Virus record (IMG/VR): IMGVR_UViG_3300033146_000857
Location: 1 to 64,000 of that record
Source: a virus
DNA length: 64,000 bases
Direction: 5' to 3' (one strand)
Shown here: piece by piece, positions 8,954 through 18,212 of the stretch
Layout: every line of letters begins with the position of its first letter
How positions within the stretch are numbered: position 1 is the stretch's first letter
Position numbers and translations under genes: made by a program
The notes under the pieces: generated by a model
Told to the model about the DNA's origin: nothing
Database searches by the model: none
Seen by the model: the letters and a program-made list of their open reading frames with translations, nothing else

Positions 8954-9237
8954 AGTTATCTTGGGTAGAGGATGCTAGGCCTGTAGATAATTTTTTAGGC
9001 ATAAAAGAATGCTCAGAGTACATTTTGGTTTTAAACGGAACTGATGTGGGGATCTTAGAAGCCAAAATAACAGCTAGTGAAATATATATCTTTAATGTTA
9101 TGCTAGAGGCTGAATTTCAAGGACATGGTTATTTTCAAGCATGGCTTGAAGCTCAAGGTAAAAAGATAATAGCTTTTTGGCCAAAAGAGGGTGTTAAAGA
9201 ATATTGGGGCCGAGTGGCTGATGAAGTTATATTTTAA
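8947..9237 (+). CDS. minimal GNAT-like acetyltransferase
   Basis: IYIFNVML..EFQGHGY acetyl-CoA motif A, followed by ..EYW. Confidence 0.55.
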   Translation: MLELSWVEDARPVDNFLGIKECSEYILVLNGTDVGILEAKITASEIYIFNVMLEAEFQGHGYFQAWLEAQGKKIIAFWPKEGVKEYWGRVADEVIF

Positions 9238-9246
9238 AGGAATATT

Positions 9247-9645
9247 ATGCTAAATAAGATACTAAATGCTGGAGTTTTACTAGGCAGTAGAGCTTTTGAC
9301 TGTTCTGTGACTGAGAGTGACTATGACATAGGCATAACTGAAGAGAAACTAACTAGTCTTGAGCTTAAAGGTTTTACACTTATGACTGTAAAGTCAAATT
9401 ATCACCCTGAAGTATATGGAGATGACTTATCAAGACTATTTTGCTTAGTTACTCCAAATGGCGAGAGCATAGACCTGTTTGTTTTCAACTCTGCAGATTC
9501 TATACAAAAGCTTAGTAAAGCTAACGATATAATGAGAATGTTTATACCAGATATATATCACAAGGCTTTTAGAATTCATCAATGGCGTATAACTTTATAC
9601 TTAGTTGGGTTATCAAAAGAATACATATCTTATGAAGCAGATTAA
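9247..9645 (+). CDS. minimal pol-beta-family nucleotidyltransferase
   Basis: GSRA....ESDYDI motif and a third Asp in SIDLF. Confidence 0.7.
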   Translation: MLNKILNAGVLLGSRAFDCSVTESDYDIGITEEKLTSLELKGFTLMTVKSNYHPEVYGDDLSRLFCLVTPNGESIDLFVFNSADSIQKLSKANDIMRMFIPDIYHKAFRIHQWRITLYLVGLSKEYISYEAD

Positions 9646-10546
9646 AGATAAAGAGACTGGCGAGACCTTTGAAGCTTACGACTTTGGGGGTCCAGATGTT
9701 TTTCAAGTTGATAGCTATTGGATCTATGGGCAAAAAAGACTAAACTATACTGGAGTTAATAAGACTAAAAACAGTATTACTCTTAATCCTTTTAATCTTA
9801 CCATTGACCTTATGGATGACAATCCTTGGGAAGTAATAGACTATGGAAATCCAGATAGCTGTACTTGGCGAATAACTGTTAAACACCTAGGCACCGGACA
9901 AGAAATTTCTGGTGTCTATCCGTTTAATCTAGAAGGGACTGTTTATCAACTTCCTTGTGGAGGGGAAGAGTGGGTCATGGCCAGTTGTGGAGGGTTAGAG
10001 ATCTCTGAAGGGGATGGAAGTCCTATTTGCTATACTCTTGTTGGGACTGGTGAGACAATAAGACTTGTTAATTTTAGGACCTATGGCAGGAAATACATAA
10101 GGCTACTGACTCCGATGTCCTGGTCGCATGCTCCGAGGGCTGACTTTCCTGTTGAGTATCAAACTATGACTTTTCAATGGTTTGAAGATACAAATGGAGG
10201 AGTTAAGAACTGGATATTTGGTGACATTATCGTTTCTGTAGAACACGTACCAACAACAGACTATTACCCATATGAGACTACAAATGATGCCGGGCTAGCC
10301 TTGATATTGGCAAAAGCCATAGAGAGCTACCCCTTGTTTATTGAACGTTACCTTTATACAAGTTGGATTTATCTTTCACACGAAGCTTACGACTATGTTG
10401 CGGTATTCGATAATCATCACACTCCTATGACTGATGAGCTCTATGAGCATACATTTATTCTAGGCAGTTCCGTGATAGTCCAAGTGCCTAGCGGTACACC
10501 TCATGGGTTAGTTATTGCGTGGGTAAGGGCAAATAATGGTGTTTAG
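9632..10546 (+). CDS. family-2 paralog A (constant N-terminus, Cys hinge, variable C-terminus)
   Basis: Start at 9632 inferred from alignment with the 11641 copy; shares about the first 140 aa including CGGEEWVMASCGG. Confidence 0.75.
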   Translation: MKQIKDKETGETFEAYDFGGPDVFQVDSYWIYGQKRLNYTGVNKTKNSITLNPFNLTIDLMDDNPWEVIDYGNPDSCTWRITVKHLGTGQEISGVYPFNLEGTVYQLPCGGEEWVMASCGGLEISEGDGSPICYTLVGTGETIRLVNFRTYGRKYIRLLTPMSWSHAPRADFPVEYQTMTFQWFEDTNGGVKNWIFGDIIVSVEHVPTTDYYPYETTNDAGLALILAKAIESYPLFIERYLYTSWIYLSHEAYDYVAVFDNHHTPMTDELYEHTFILGSSVIVQVPSGTPHGLVIAWVRANNGV

Positions 10547-10635
10547 CCTAAAATGAACTACCAGCTGGAACTTACTAAGACCAAAGTTCCAAAGACAAAA
10601 CTCAAAATATAATATGCAAAATTAAGGAGCATTAA

Positions 10636-11622
10636 ATGAAATTAAAAATGGCATCACAGATACCCGAGGCTTTCAAGCCTAAAGAAGACTTTGAATATGA
10701 CTTTGCTAAAGCTAAGAAGTCAATAACTTTACCATTACTAAGTAAGCATGACCCAGAGACCACTATCATAGAAGAGAAATATGATGGCTCAAGATACGGA
10801 GGAGTTATTACTGATACAGTTGGAATTATTTCTAGAAATGGCATAGACAGAGCCAAGAACGTTCCCTATTTATGCAAGGTTTTAAAAGAGGTATTTCCAG
10901 CAGGCTCAATAGTTGATGGCGAGGTCGTGCATATAAATGAACCAAGACGTGTTAGATGGGAATTGGCTCGTTCAGTAATGGGTACAAAAGAGTTCAATGC
11001 TAGTGTAAAACCTGCACAATATGTTATATTTGATATTCAATACTTAGGTGGTGAATGTCTTAGAGATAAAACGCTATCTGAGAGAAGAAAGATCTTACAG
11101 AACTTGCTTGCTAGTAAGCTACCTGAAGGTTTAGTTAAACTAGAAACAACTTTAGCTACCAGTACTCTATGTATGCCAAGACAGTTTCCATTAAGCATGG
11201 GTGAAGAACTTTATGTTAGTATTCTTGCTGATAAGGGTGAAGGTATCATGATTAAGTCTGTAAATGAAAAGTATGCTAAGTCATGGACTAAGCTTAAAAA
11301 AGTGTTCACTATTGATGCTTTTATTACTGGTATCGAAAAAGGCAAAGGTAAGTTTCAAGGACTAATAGGGGCTCTAAAACTGGGCGTTATGCAAGGTGAT
11401 ACTAAGATTGATATTGGTAAGTGCTCAGGTATGACTGACGATGAGAGAAAAGAACTTACACAGATGGCCCTAGACGGTGAATTACTTCATAAAGTAGTAG
11501 AAGTTAAAGCTAATGAGGTCACTAAGAACTATAAGCTTAGACATCCAAATTTTGTTAGAGCTAGATATGACAAAGATATGTCAGAGTGTCTTAAATCACA
11601 GCTAGAAGAACATTTAAAGTAA
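10636..11622 (+). CDS. ATP-dependent DNA ligase
   Basis: EEKYDGSR, DGE, FDI, EGIMIK and LRHPNF motifs. Confidence 0.95.
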   Translation: MKLKMASQIPEAFKPKEDFEYDFAKAKKSITLPLLSKHDPETTIIEEKYDGSRYGGVITDTVGIISRNGIDRAKNVPYLCKVLKEVFPAGSIVDGEVVHINEPRRVRWELARSVMGTKEFNASVKPAQYVIFDIQYLGGECLRDKTLSERRKILQNLLASKLPEGLVKLETTLATSTLCMPRQFPLSMGEELYVSILADKGEGIMIKSVNEKYAKSWTKLKKVFTIDAFITGIEKGKGKFQGLIGALKLGVMQGDTKIDIGKCSGMTDDERKELTQMALDGELLHKVVEVKANEVTKNYKLRHPNFVRARYDKDMSECLKSQLEEHLK

Positions 11623-11640
11623 GGACTTTCAATGAGCAGG

Positions 11641-12569
11641 ATGAAAATAGTCAGGGATAAGAAACCGGTACGACCTTTGAAGCTCACGACTTTGGAGGCC
11701 CTGATATCTTTCAAGTTGACGGCTATTGGATCTATGGTCTTGAGAACCTAACCTATTCCGGGGTTACAAAAAATAAGGATAGTATAACACTTGATCCTTT
11801 TAATCTTACTTTAGAACTAGAAGAGCCCAGTTGGGAGATAGTAGACTATGGGAATGTTGGAACTTGTGATTGGAGAATAACTGTTAGGCATAAGATTACA
11901 GAACAGGTAATTAGTGGTGTATACCCATTTAATCTTAACGGTAATGTATATCAACTTCTGTGTGGCGGAGAAGAATGGGTCATGGCCAGCTGTGGAGGAA
12001 CAGAGATAGCTCCTGGTACTGGGGATATATGCTATATTTTGATAGGCACTGGTGAGGTTATCAATGAAAGACTTAGAGCCTATAATTTACACACCCATAA
12101 CAGCTTTGATACCGTAGATATTACTCCATCAGACGTGTCTATTGCAGACTCCACTGTGACTGCTGGAAATTATGCTGGAACCTACCCTTCAGTGTTTGTA
12201 GGTTCTCCAATAATAGACGACTTTTACTTTTCTGGAGGTTTAAGCATCTTTACTGGGCTAAATGAGCCAGAATGTTCTAAGTTTATAAATTTACTAGCTG
12301 GCCAAAGTGTTGAACCCGCGCCTGGTCCAGTAGAGGGACTAATTAACCCAATTCCTAGTATTGGAGACTCTTTTAGAGGAGGAACTGTAATGGGCTATGG
12401 TGCTAAAACTCAGTCGTGGGAAAATTATTCACATGGATATTCTAACGTAGCCGATTTACCCGATAGCCAAAGACCTATGAACTATGAACATGCTCATTAT
12501 AGTAGTATACTAACGTGGGTACAGAGAAGAATAACTAAGAGGGCAGTAATATATTATCTTTTACCTTAA
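11641..12569 (+). pseudogene. family-2 paralog B with a 1-nt frameshift near codon 7
   Basis: MKIVRDK in one frame; ETGTTFEAHDFGGPD continues in the -1 frame, open from 11661 to 12569; the ORF track shows only 11982..12569. Confidence 0.75.
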
Positions 12570-12597
12570 GACTAATCTTATAAGCCTCTAGATCAAT

Positions 12598-12680
12598 ACT
12601 TGTTATATAATTAATTTCAATTCAGATGATACTATTATTAAGAAGCCTTAAAGTCATTTTAATGTTACTTAAGATATAAT
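12598..12680 (+). promoter_or_regulatory. tandem putative promoters
   Basis: acttgttatataat (12598-12611) and acttaagatataat (12667-12680). Confidence 0.7.
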
Positions 12681-12718
12681 ATTATTCTGAAACAAATCAA
12701 ACCCAAAAAGGAGCCAAG

Positions 12719-13198
12719 ATGAGCATGAACAAAACTCAACTTATTGCAGCAGCAGCTAAACTAGACGTAGAGATAGGCGACAAGCCCACAAAAGAGACTC
12801 TAATCGAGAGTATCGCAAACTTCCATAACGAAGCAGGTAACACAGAAGAGTTGAAAGCATTCTTAGAAGAGAATGGTTTTACACTAAATGAAGAAGGTGA
12901 AATTGTTAAAGCTAAAAAAGTTAAAAAACTTGGAGAGAATCCAAACACTAAAGCTTATCATACAATCAAAGTTCTTCAAGATGAGAGCCTTGCTGGTCTT
13001 TCTTACAAAGAACTTAAAGACTATCTAGCTGAGTCTGAAGGTATTGAGACAACTTCTTCAAGCATCGCTTGGTATGCTAACTGGATGAAACAAAAAAATA
13101 TGAACCCAGTTCCCAGAGCTAAAAAGCCTAAGGCTGAGAAACCAGCTAAAGACGAAGCTCCAGTAGAACCTGGTGAAGATACAGAAGACGCTGAGTAA
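12719..13198 (+). CDS. putative abundant DNA-binding protein
   Basis: Rho-N/HeH-like N-terminus, helical C-terminal domain and Lys/Pro then acidic tail; strong RBS; own promoters and terminator. Confidence 0.5.
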   Translation: MSMNKTQLIAAAAKLDVEIGDKPTKETLIESIANFHNEAGNTEELKAFLEENGFTLNEEGEIVKAKKVKKLGENPNTKAYHTIKVLQDESLAGLSYKELKDYLAESEGIETTSSSIAWYANWMKQKNMNPVPRAKKPKAEKPAKDEAPVEPGEDTEDAE

Positions 13199-13236
13199 AA
13201 TCAGTTAATCAAGATTTAGCACCTTGATTGAGTAAT

Positions 13237-13263
13237 TGACAGGGCATGGTCCCTGTCATTTTT
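13237..13263 (+). terminator. intrinsic terminator
   Basis: tgacaggg-catggt-ccctgtca followed by ttttt. Confidence 0.8.
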
Positions 13264-13320
13264 ATTTACTACTGGGTTCACTTCACTTCAACCTAATATT
13301 AAGTAAAACAAAGGGCAAAC

Positions 13321-13875
13321 ATGAAAGAAATATACAATAGACAGGTTAATTTTCAGAAGCACATGAAGTCTAACAGTGATGTTATGTACAAGGCACTGGT
13401 AGAAGAAATTGGTGAGTGGGTAGCAAGCTTTGGATATGCTGATTGGAAAGAGACAGAGCGTGATGAAGAGAACATTCTAGTTGAAGCTATGGATATATGT
13501 ATATTTGCGATGAACCTATGCTACTATGATTATGTACCTTTTTGGTCTACAACTAGTTTTGACAAAGATTCCAAGACCAAAACGGCCGATATATACTTAG
13601 TTAAGAACGTTAATAAGCTATTGAGTTTAAATAAGTATGCAGATATAGTCTATTATCTTTTCTCTAACTATCCTGAGCTCAAGAGTAGAATAATTTGTAA
13701 GCAAGCTCTAAACACCTTTAGACAGGATAATGGCTATAAGATTGGAAAATATACAAAAATTTGGAATGGCAAAGAAGATAACGTAACAGCCATGGAGTTA
13801 ATAGAAGCTGACCCTGAGCTAAGCTTTGAGGACTTATATACAGCCTTAGATGAAAGGTACTCATGTATCCAATAG
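13321..13875 (+). CDS. dut: dimeric all-alpha dUTPase (Campylobacter type)
   Basis: EEIGE, WK, VEAMD and KQALNTFRQDNGYK.GKY.KIWNGKEDN motifs. Confidence 0.85.
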   Translation: MKEIYNRQVNFQKHMKSNSDVMYKALVEEIGEWVASFGYADWKETERDEENILVEAMDICIFAMNLCYYDYVPFWSTTSFDKDSKTKTADIYLVKNVNKLLSLNKYADIVYYLFSNYPELKSRIICKQALNTFRQDNGYKIGKYTKIWNGKEDNVTAMELIEADPELSFEDLYTALDERYSCIQ

Positions 13876-14099
13876 AAACTGTAGAAGAGCTAACTGGCTA
13901 TTCTAAAAATACTTTATACAATCTCACTAGTGAGCTAAACATAAAGCCTTTTAAGAATAGAGTTGTTGGTAATCCTTCTAAGGGAGTTTATGACAGCAAA
14001 GCTCTTGATGCTTTACTTCTATATAGGAAGTTGACTCAAGAGGACCAACTAAAGAAAAAAGAAGCTTTAGTGGTGGTGCTAGATGCTAAAATACTATAA
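13863..14099 (+). CDS. small HTH (MerR/excisionase-like) protein
   Basis: IETVEELTGYSKNTLY HTH pattern. Confidence 0.55.
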   Translation: MYPIETVEELTGYSKNTLYNLTSELNIKPFKNRVVGNPSKGVYDSKALDALLLYRKLTQEDQLKKKEALVVVLDAKIL

Positions 14100-16758
14100 G
14101 GGCAATGGACAGGCACAATGGAAATTGTCCGACGAGCATAGTCCTGTAAATAATGCAGTATTTGAAACAGTACTTGCGCTAGACAGAAATCCAAATGATA
14201 TAGAGACTAGTTTAGAACAGAGCTATTGGGGTCCTTTTTACATTGATATTGATGATGATAAAGACTTTGCTAATGCTCATAGTATCACTAAACAAATTCT
14301 TAGATACCTAGTTAAGTCTTATAATCTAAATGTAGACACAGACATACAAGTGTTTGCTACAGGTAAAAAAGGTTTTCACATACTACTTAATCCATATTTA
14401 TTCATGGACCATAAGCCAAAGAAACAATTAGCTTACAGGTATAAGTTAATGGCAGCTATGATTCAAACTAATCTAGAAGTTAAGTTAGACATGGTTGTTT
14501 ACTCTGGTAAGAAAGGTAGAATGTGGAGAATACCTAATGTAGTTAGAGAAGATAATGGTAAATTTAAAGTTCAACTAACTTTTCTTGAGGCTATATCAGA
14601 AGACTCTAAGTATATTATAGACACACTTTGTCTAGAGCCTAGGACTGGTTTAAATACTGGTTGGACTAAAATACCTAGAAATCCCCTAGCTGTATCTTGG
14701 TTTAAAGCTTGTGAGATTCCAGTTATACAAAACAAGATGATAATAGAGGAAGAAGATCTAAGAAACCAGGAGATACCTGAGGGTATAAGTAAACTAGCCG
14801 CTTTGAAAGATATAAATATAAATGCTAGATTTAACTTGTTGATCCTTAATGCTGCAGTCTATGGAGCTAGAGCTGGTTGGACAGAAGCTGATACACTAAA
14901 GTATTTTACTAAGACACTAACTTATGATTCTTCTGTCTATACGACTAAAGATTCGAAGATTGATCATTTTAGAAATGTTTTTGGCTTTGTTAGAGAAAAC
15001 AAAGACTACAAGTTTGATTGTCATTTTTTATCTACTGTTGTAGACAAAATAGACTGTAAGAAAATAGCTGCTTCAACAGATGGAGCTGATGACTATGACG
15101 AAGATTTCGGGATCTACTCAAAAGATTTTAACTACTACCTAGGTAGTGACACTGGTCCTAGAAGGCTTACCGGCTTTACTATGACTATCCTACATGACGT
15201 AGCTGATAAGGATAAGATATCTTATGAGATTCGTCTTAAGAATGCTAGAAAGAGAGTTAAGACTATTATAGTCCCAGAGAACAGCTTTGCAACCAAAAGT
15301 GGGTTTGCAAAGTTTCTATCTCCAGATTACCCACTATTTTGTTCAGAAAAGGAGTTCGCCATGATTGCTTGGCATATAAGAAAAGATGAGCCAAACATTC
15401 AAATTGGTAGAGACTTTATTGGGTTACACTATCAAGATAAAAAGTGGCATTATGCAAATGCTGAAGGGTCTATATCTTTAGACAACGACATAGACAGGAT
15501 CAAAGTTAATGCTAAGTCATTGACCATTGTTAATACCAAGCTAGATTATAACTGGCCTGATGTTACCAAAAAGCAATTAAAAGACTCAATTGTTCCTTTA
15601 ACTTCTTTTAACCAGCCACAGATAGTAGTTCCAATGATTAGTTGGTTCTTTGGTAGTTTCTTTAAGCCACATTATAATGAAGCTTTTAGTCAGTTCCCAC
15701 TGCTATTTATCTTTGGTGAAGCAGGGGCTGGAAAAACAGCTACCGGTTTAAAACTTAGAAGATTATTTGCTATGGAAGATAAAGCTCTTAAGTCTATTAC
15801 AGACGTTACTCAGTTTAGTCTGATGGCTGCTTGTAATAGTTCAAACTTAATTCCTTTAATCCTAGATGAGTACAAACCAATGATGATGAAAGAGGCTCAA
15901 ACACATTTAGTGTCTAGACTGATAAGGGGGGCATACAATGCTTCAAGAGGTGAAAGAGGTACAGCTTCTCAAGAGATCATAGCTTATTACTATAGAGCCC
16001 CAATAGTTCTTTTAGGAGAACAGTCTATAATTGAAACAGCTGTTCAGCACAGAGTTATCGAAGTTCAGCTGTCAAGACAGTTTATTCAAAGTGGTAAGTA
16101 TACAAAGAATTTTAACAAGATAGATGATTTAGCTTTAGAGTCTATTGGTAAAGGCTTTTTAACCTTAGCTATGTCAATCAGTCCTGCAGAAGTAAAGGAA
16201 AGAACTAATAAGCATTTGTCCTATTTACAGACTCAGATAAAGCTCCCAGAAAGACCTATGTTTAACTTAGCTGTTGTTAGAGTATCTTTAGACTTTATTA
16301 CTGAGTACTACGCGCAGCATGGGATTAACATCAAGACTACTATTGATGACCTATTTGATGACTATTTTGAGCATTTAAAGAAAGGCAATGGTGTCATAGA
16401 CAGTATAGCCAATAAGAATGATATTATTAAGATAATTGAGACATTTAGTCAAATGGCAGACTTCAATGCAAGTCCCGTACCTATAACTAATAATGTACAC
16501 TATGTGCATAAAGATGGTCAAATTCATCTTAATATACAAGCTATCTATCCTCTGTTTTCTAAGTATAATAGAGACTATAGTTTAGGCATATTTGATCCAG
16601 GTTATATAAGTTTCTTAAAGATGCTTCAAAAGGAACCTTTTTGTACTGATGTTAAGAATACTACCTTGATTAGTAGGTCTAAAAACTTAACTGTTTCACT
16701 TGGAGTTAAGGCGCTTCAAGATAGAGACATACAAATTAGTCGATTTATTGGAGAATAA
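14083..16758 (+). CDS. AEP primase fused to a P-loop helicase
   Basis: FYIDIDD, TGKKGFH and RIPN primase motifs; Walker A GEAGAGKT, Walker B LILDE. Confidence 0.85.
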   Translation: MLKYYKGNGQAQWKLSDEHSPVNNAVFETVLALDRNPNDIETSLEQSYWGPFYIDIDDDKDFANAHSITKQILRYLVKSYNLNVDTDIQVFATGKKGFHILLNPYLFMDHKPKKQLAYRYKLMAAMIQTNLEVKLDMVVYSGKKGRMWRIPNVVREDNGKFKVQLTFLEAISEDSKYIIDTLCLEPRTGLNTGWTKIPRNPLAVSWFKACEIPVIQNKMIIEEEDLRNQEIPEGISKLAALKDININARFNLLILNAAVYGARAGWTEADTLKYFTKTLTYDSSVYTTKDSKIDHFRNVFGFVRENKDYKFDCHFLSTVVDKIDCKKIAASTDGADDYDEDFGIYSKDFNYYLGSDTGPRRLTGFTMTILHDVADKDKISYEIRLKNARKRVKTIIVPENSFATKSGFAKFLSPDYPLFCSEKEFAMIAWHIRKDEPNIQIGRDFIGLHYQDKKWHYANAEGSISLDNDIDRIKVNAKSLTIVNTKLDYNWPDVTKKQLKDSIVPLTSFNQPQIVVPMISWFFGSFFKPHYNEAFSQFPLLFIFGEAGAGKTATGLKLRRLFAMEDKALKSITDVTQFSLMAACNSSNLIPLILDEYKPMMMKEAQTHLVSRLIRGAYNASRGERGTASQEIIAYYYRAPIVLLGEQSIIETAVQHRVIEVQLSRQFIQSGKYTKNFNKIDDLALESIGKGFLTLAMSISPAEVKERTNKHLSYLQTQIKLPERPMFNLAVVRVSLDFITEYYAQHGINIKTTIDDLFDDYFEHLKKGNGVIDSIANKNDIIKIIETFSQMADFNASPVPITNNVHYVHKDGQIHLNIQAIYPLFSKYNRDYSLGIFDPGYISFLKMLQKEPFCTDVKNTTLISRSKNLTVSLGVKALQDRDIQISRFIGE

Positions 16759-16760
16759 CC

Positions 16761-18212
16761 ATGGCTGAGTTCAAAATGGAACCTTTTGGATACCAAATGG
16801 AAGATGCAAAGTTTATCCTATCAGACAAACGTGTAGGAATATTACACGAACCTGGTGTAGGTAAGACTTTTGGGGTACTTATAGCAGCTGTATATCTCGC
16901 TGAAAAGCATAACTTACAGACTTTAGTTGTAGTGCCTCCTATTTTAATTGAAGAATGGATAGACAAAGCCAATGCCTACTTTGATCACTCCTTAACCTTG
17001 GTAGCTTACAAGGGTTCTCCTAAGGAGAGAACTAATTTCAAATTGGCAAAGGCAGACATAGTTATCTGTTCATATAATATACTGCAACGAGAAGGTTATT
17101 CAAATGCAAAAGGTAAATCTATATTTGAAAGAATGCCTAGACTTGGTATGTTAGTTGGTGATGAGACTAAATTTATAAAAAATCCAAAGTCTAAGGCTTT
17201 TAAGGCTTTTCAGTCTATAAAACATAGAACTAAGTATTTAGCCTTGATGAATGGTACACCAGTGGTTAAAAACCCAGGAGATATCTTCTGTATTATACAA
17301 CTGATTAACCCAAATAGGTATGTTACGCATAAAAACTTTATGACCCATCATGGTAAGTACATAAAGAATGATGAAGGCTTTCCACTACTAATTGGTTGGA
17401 AAAGACTGGATGATATAAAAGCCTTTTTAGACGTTAGCTGTAGGCGACTGATAAAGAAAGATGTTCTAGACTTACCTCCTAAGCAGTTGATAGTTAAGAT
17501 GTTTTCTTTAGAACCAAAGCATTACTCAGTTTTAAAGAGGTACTGGGAGACTGGCTTAATAGAACTGACTGAAAATGGAATTGATCTAGTCGGAAGACCT
17601 TTAGAAGTAATCTTTGACCAGGCTATGTCATTAGCCATGAAAGTTAGACAAGCTCTGTTTGACCCAAGTATTCTTGGTTTAGACATGGAATCAATCTATT
17701 TTGAACATTTAAGACACCAATTAGACGAACTAGGAGATGAGCAAACTATTATTTGTACTCACTTTCATAATACTTTAAGCATGGTCAAAAAAGTAATAGA
17801 AGAACGTGGAGGTACCTATAGTGAAATACATGGACAAATAAGCGCTGTAAAGAAAGAGAAGGCTAAAAAAGATTTTAAGTCTGGAAAAGTTCAATACCTA
17901 TTAGGTAATCCTAAGAGCATGGGAGTTGGGCTTGACTTTCAGCAATGTAGAAATATGATATTCTTTGAACAAGACTACGAAGTGGATTCTTTTTGGCAAG
18001 GTCAAGATAGAATACATAGACCTGGACAAGACAGAGACGTAAGATACTATGTGTTCTTAGCTAAGAAAACAATAGCTATAGACCTAATGAAGTCTATAAT
18101 GACTAATGCTGATTTTGTTAAAAAGCTCCTGGACAAACAGTCTAGCTCAGAGTTTTTTGATAATAGTATAACTGAAGATGAGGTTGCAGCATGGCAAAAG
18201 AAGATGAACTAG
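16761..18212 (+). CDS. SF2 (SNF2-like) helicase
   Basis: PGVGKT, DE.K, GTP, GVGLDFQ and QGQDRIHRPGQ motifs. Confidence 0.9.
   Translation: MAEFKMEPFGYQMEDAKFILSDKRVGILHEPGVGKTFGVLIAAVYLAEKHNLQTLVVVPPILIEEWIDKANAYFDHSLTLVAYKGSPKERTNFKLAKADIVICSYNILQREGYSNAKGKSIFERMPRLGMLVGDETKFIKNPKSKAFKAFQSIKHRTKYLALMNGTPVVKNPGDIFCIIQLINPNRYVTHKNFMTHHGKYIKNDEGFPLLIGWKRLDDIKAFLDVSCRRLIKKDVLDLPPKQLIVKMFSLEPKHYSVLKRYWETGLIELTENGIDLVGRPLEVIFDQAMSLAMKVRQALFDPSILGLDMESIYFEHLRHQLDELGDEQTIICTHFHNTLSMVKKVIEERGGTYSEIHGQISAVKKEKAKKDFKSGKVQYLLGNPKSMGVGLDFQQCRNMIFFEQDYEVDSFWQGQDRIHRPGQDRDVRYYVFLAKKTIAIDLMKSIMTNADFVKKLLDKQSSSEFFDNSITEDEVAAWQKKMN

Noticed and set aside
4448-12569. Diversity-generating retroelement behind the variable C-termini
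   Set aside because: No reverse transcriptase in the window, and the paralog differences are not adenine-specific template/variable repeat pairs; cannot be excluded outside the window.
13199-13320. tRNA or known ncRNA
   Set aside because: Hairpins are present, but there is no cloverleaf, T-loop consensus or recognisable family.
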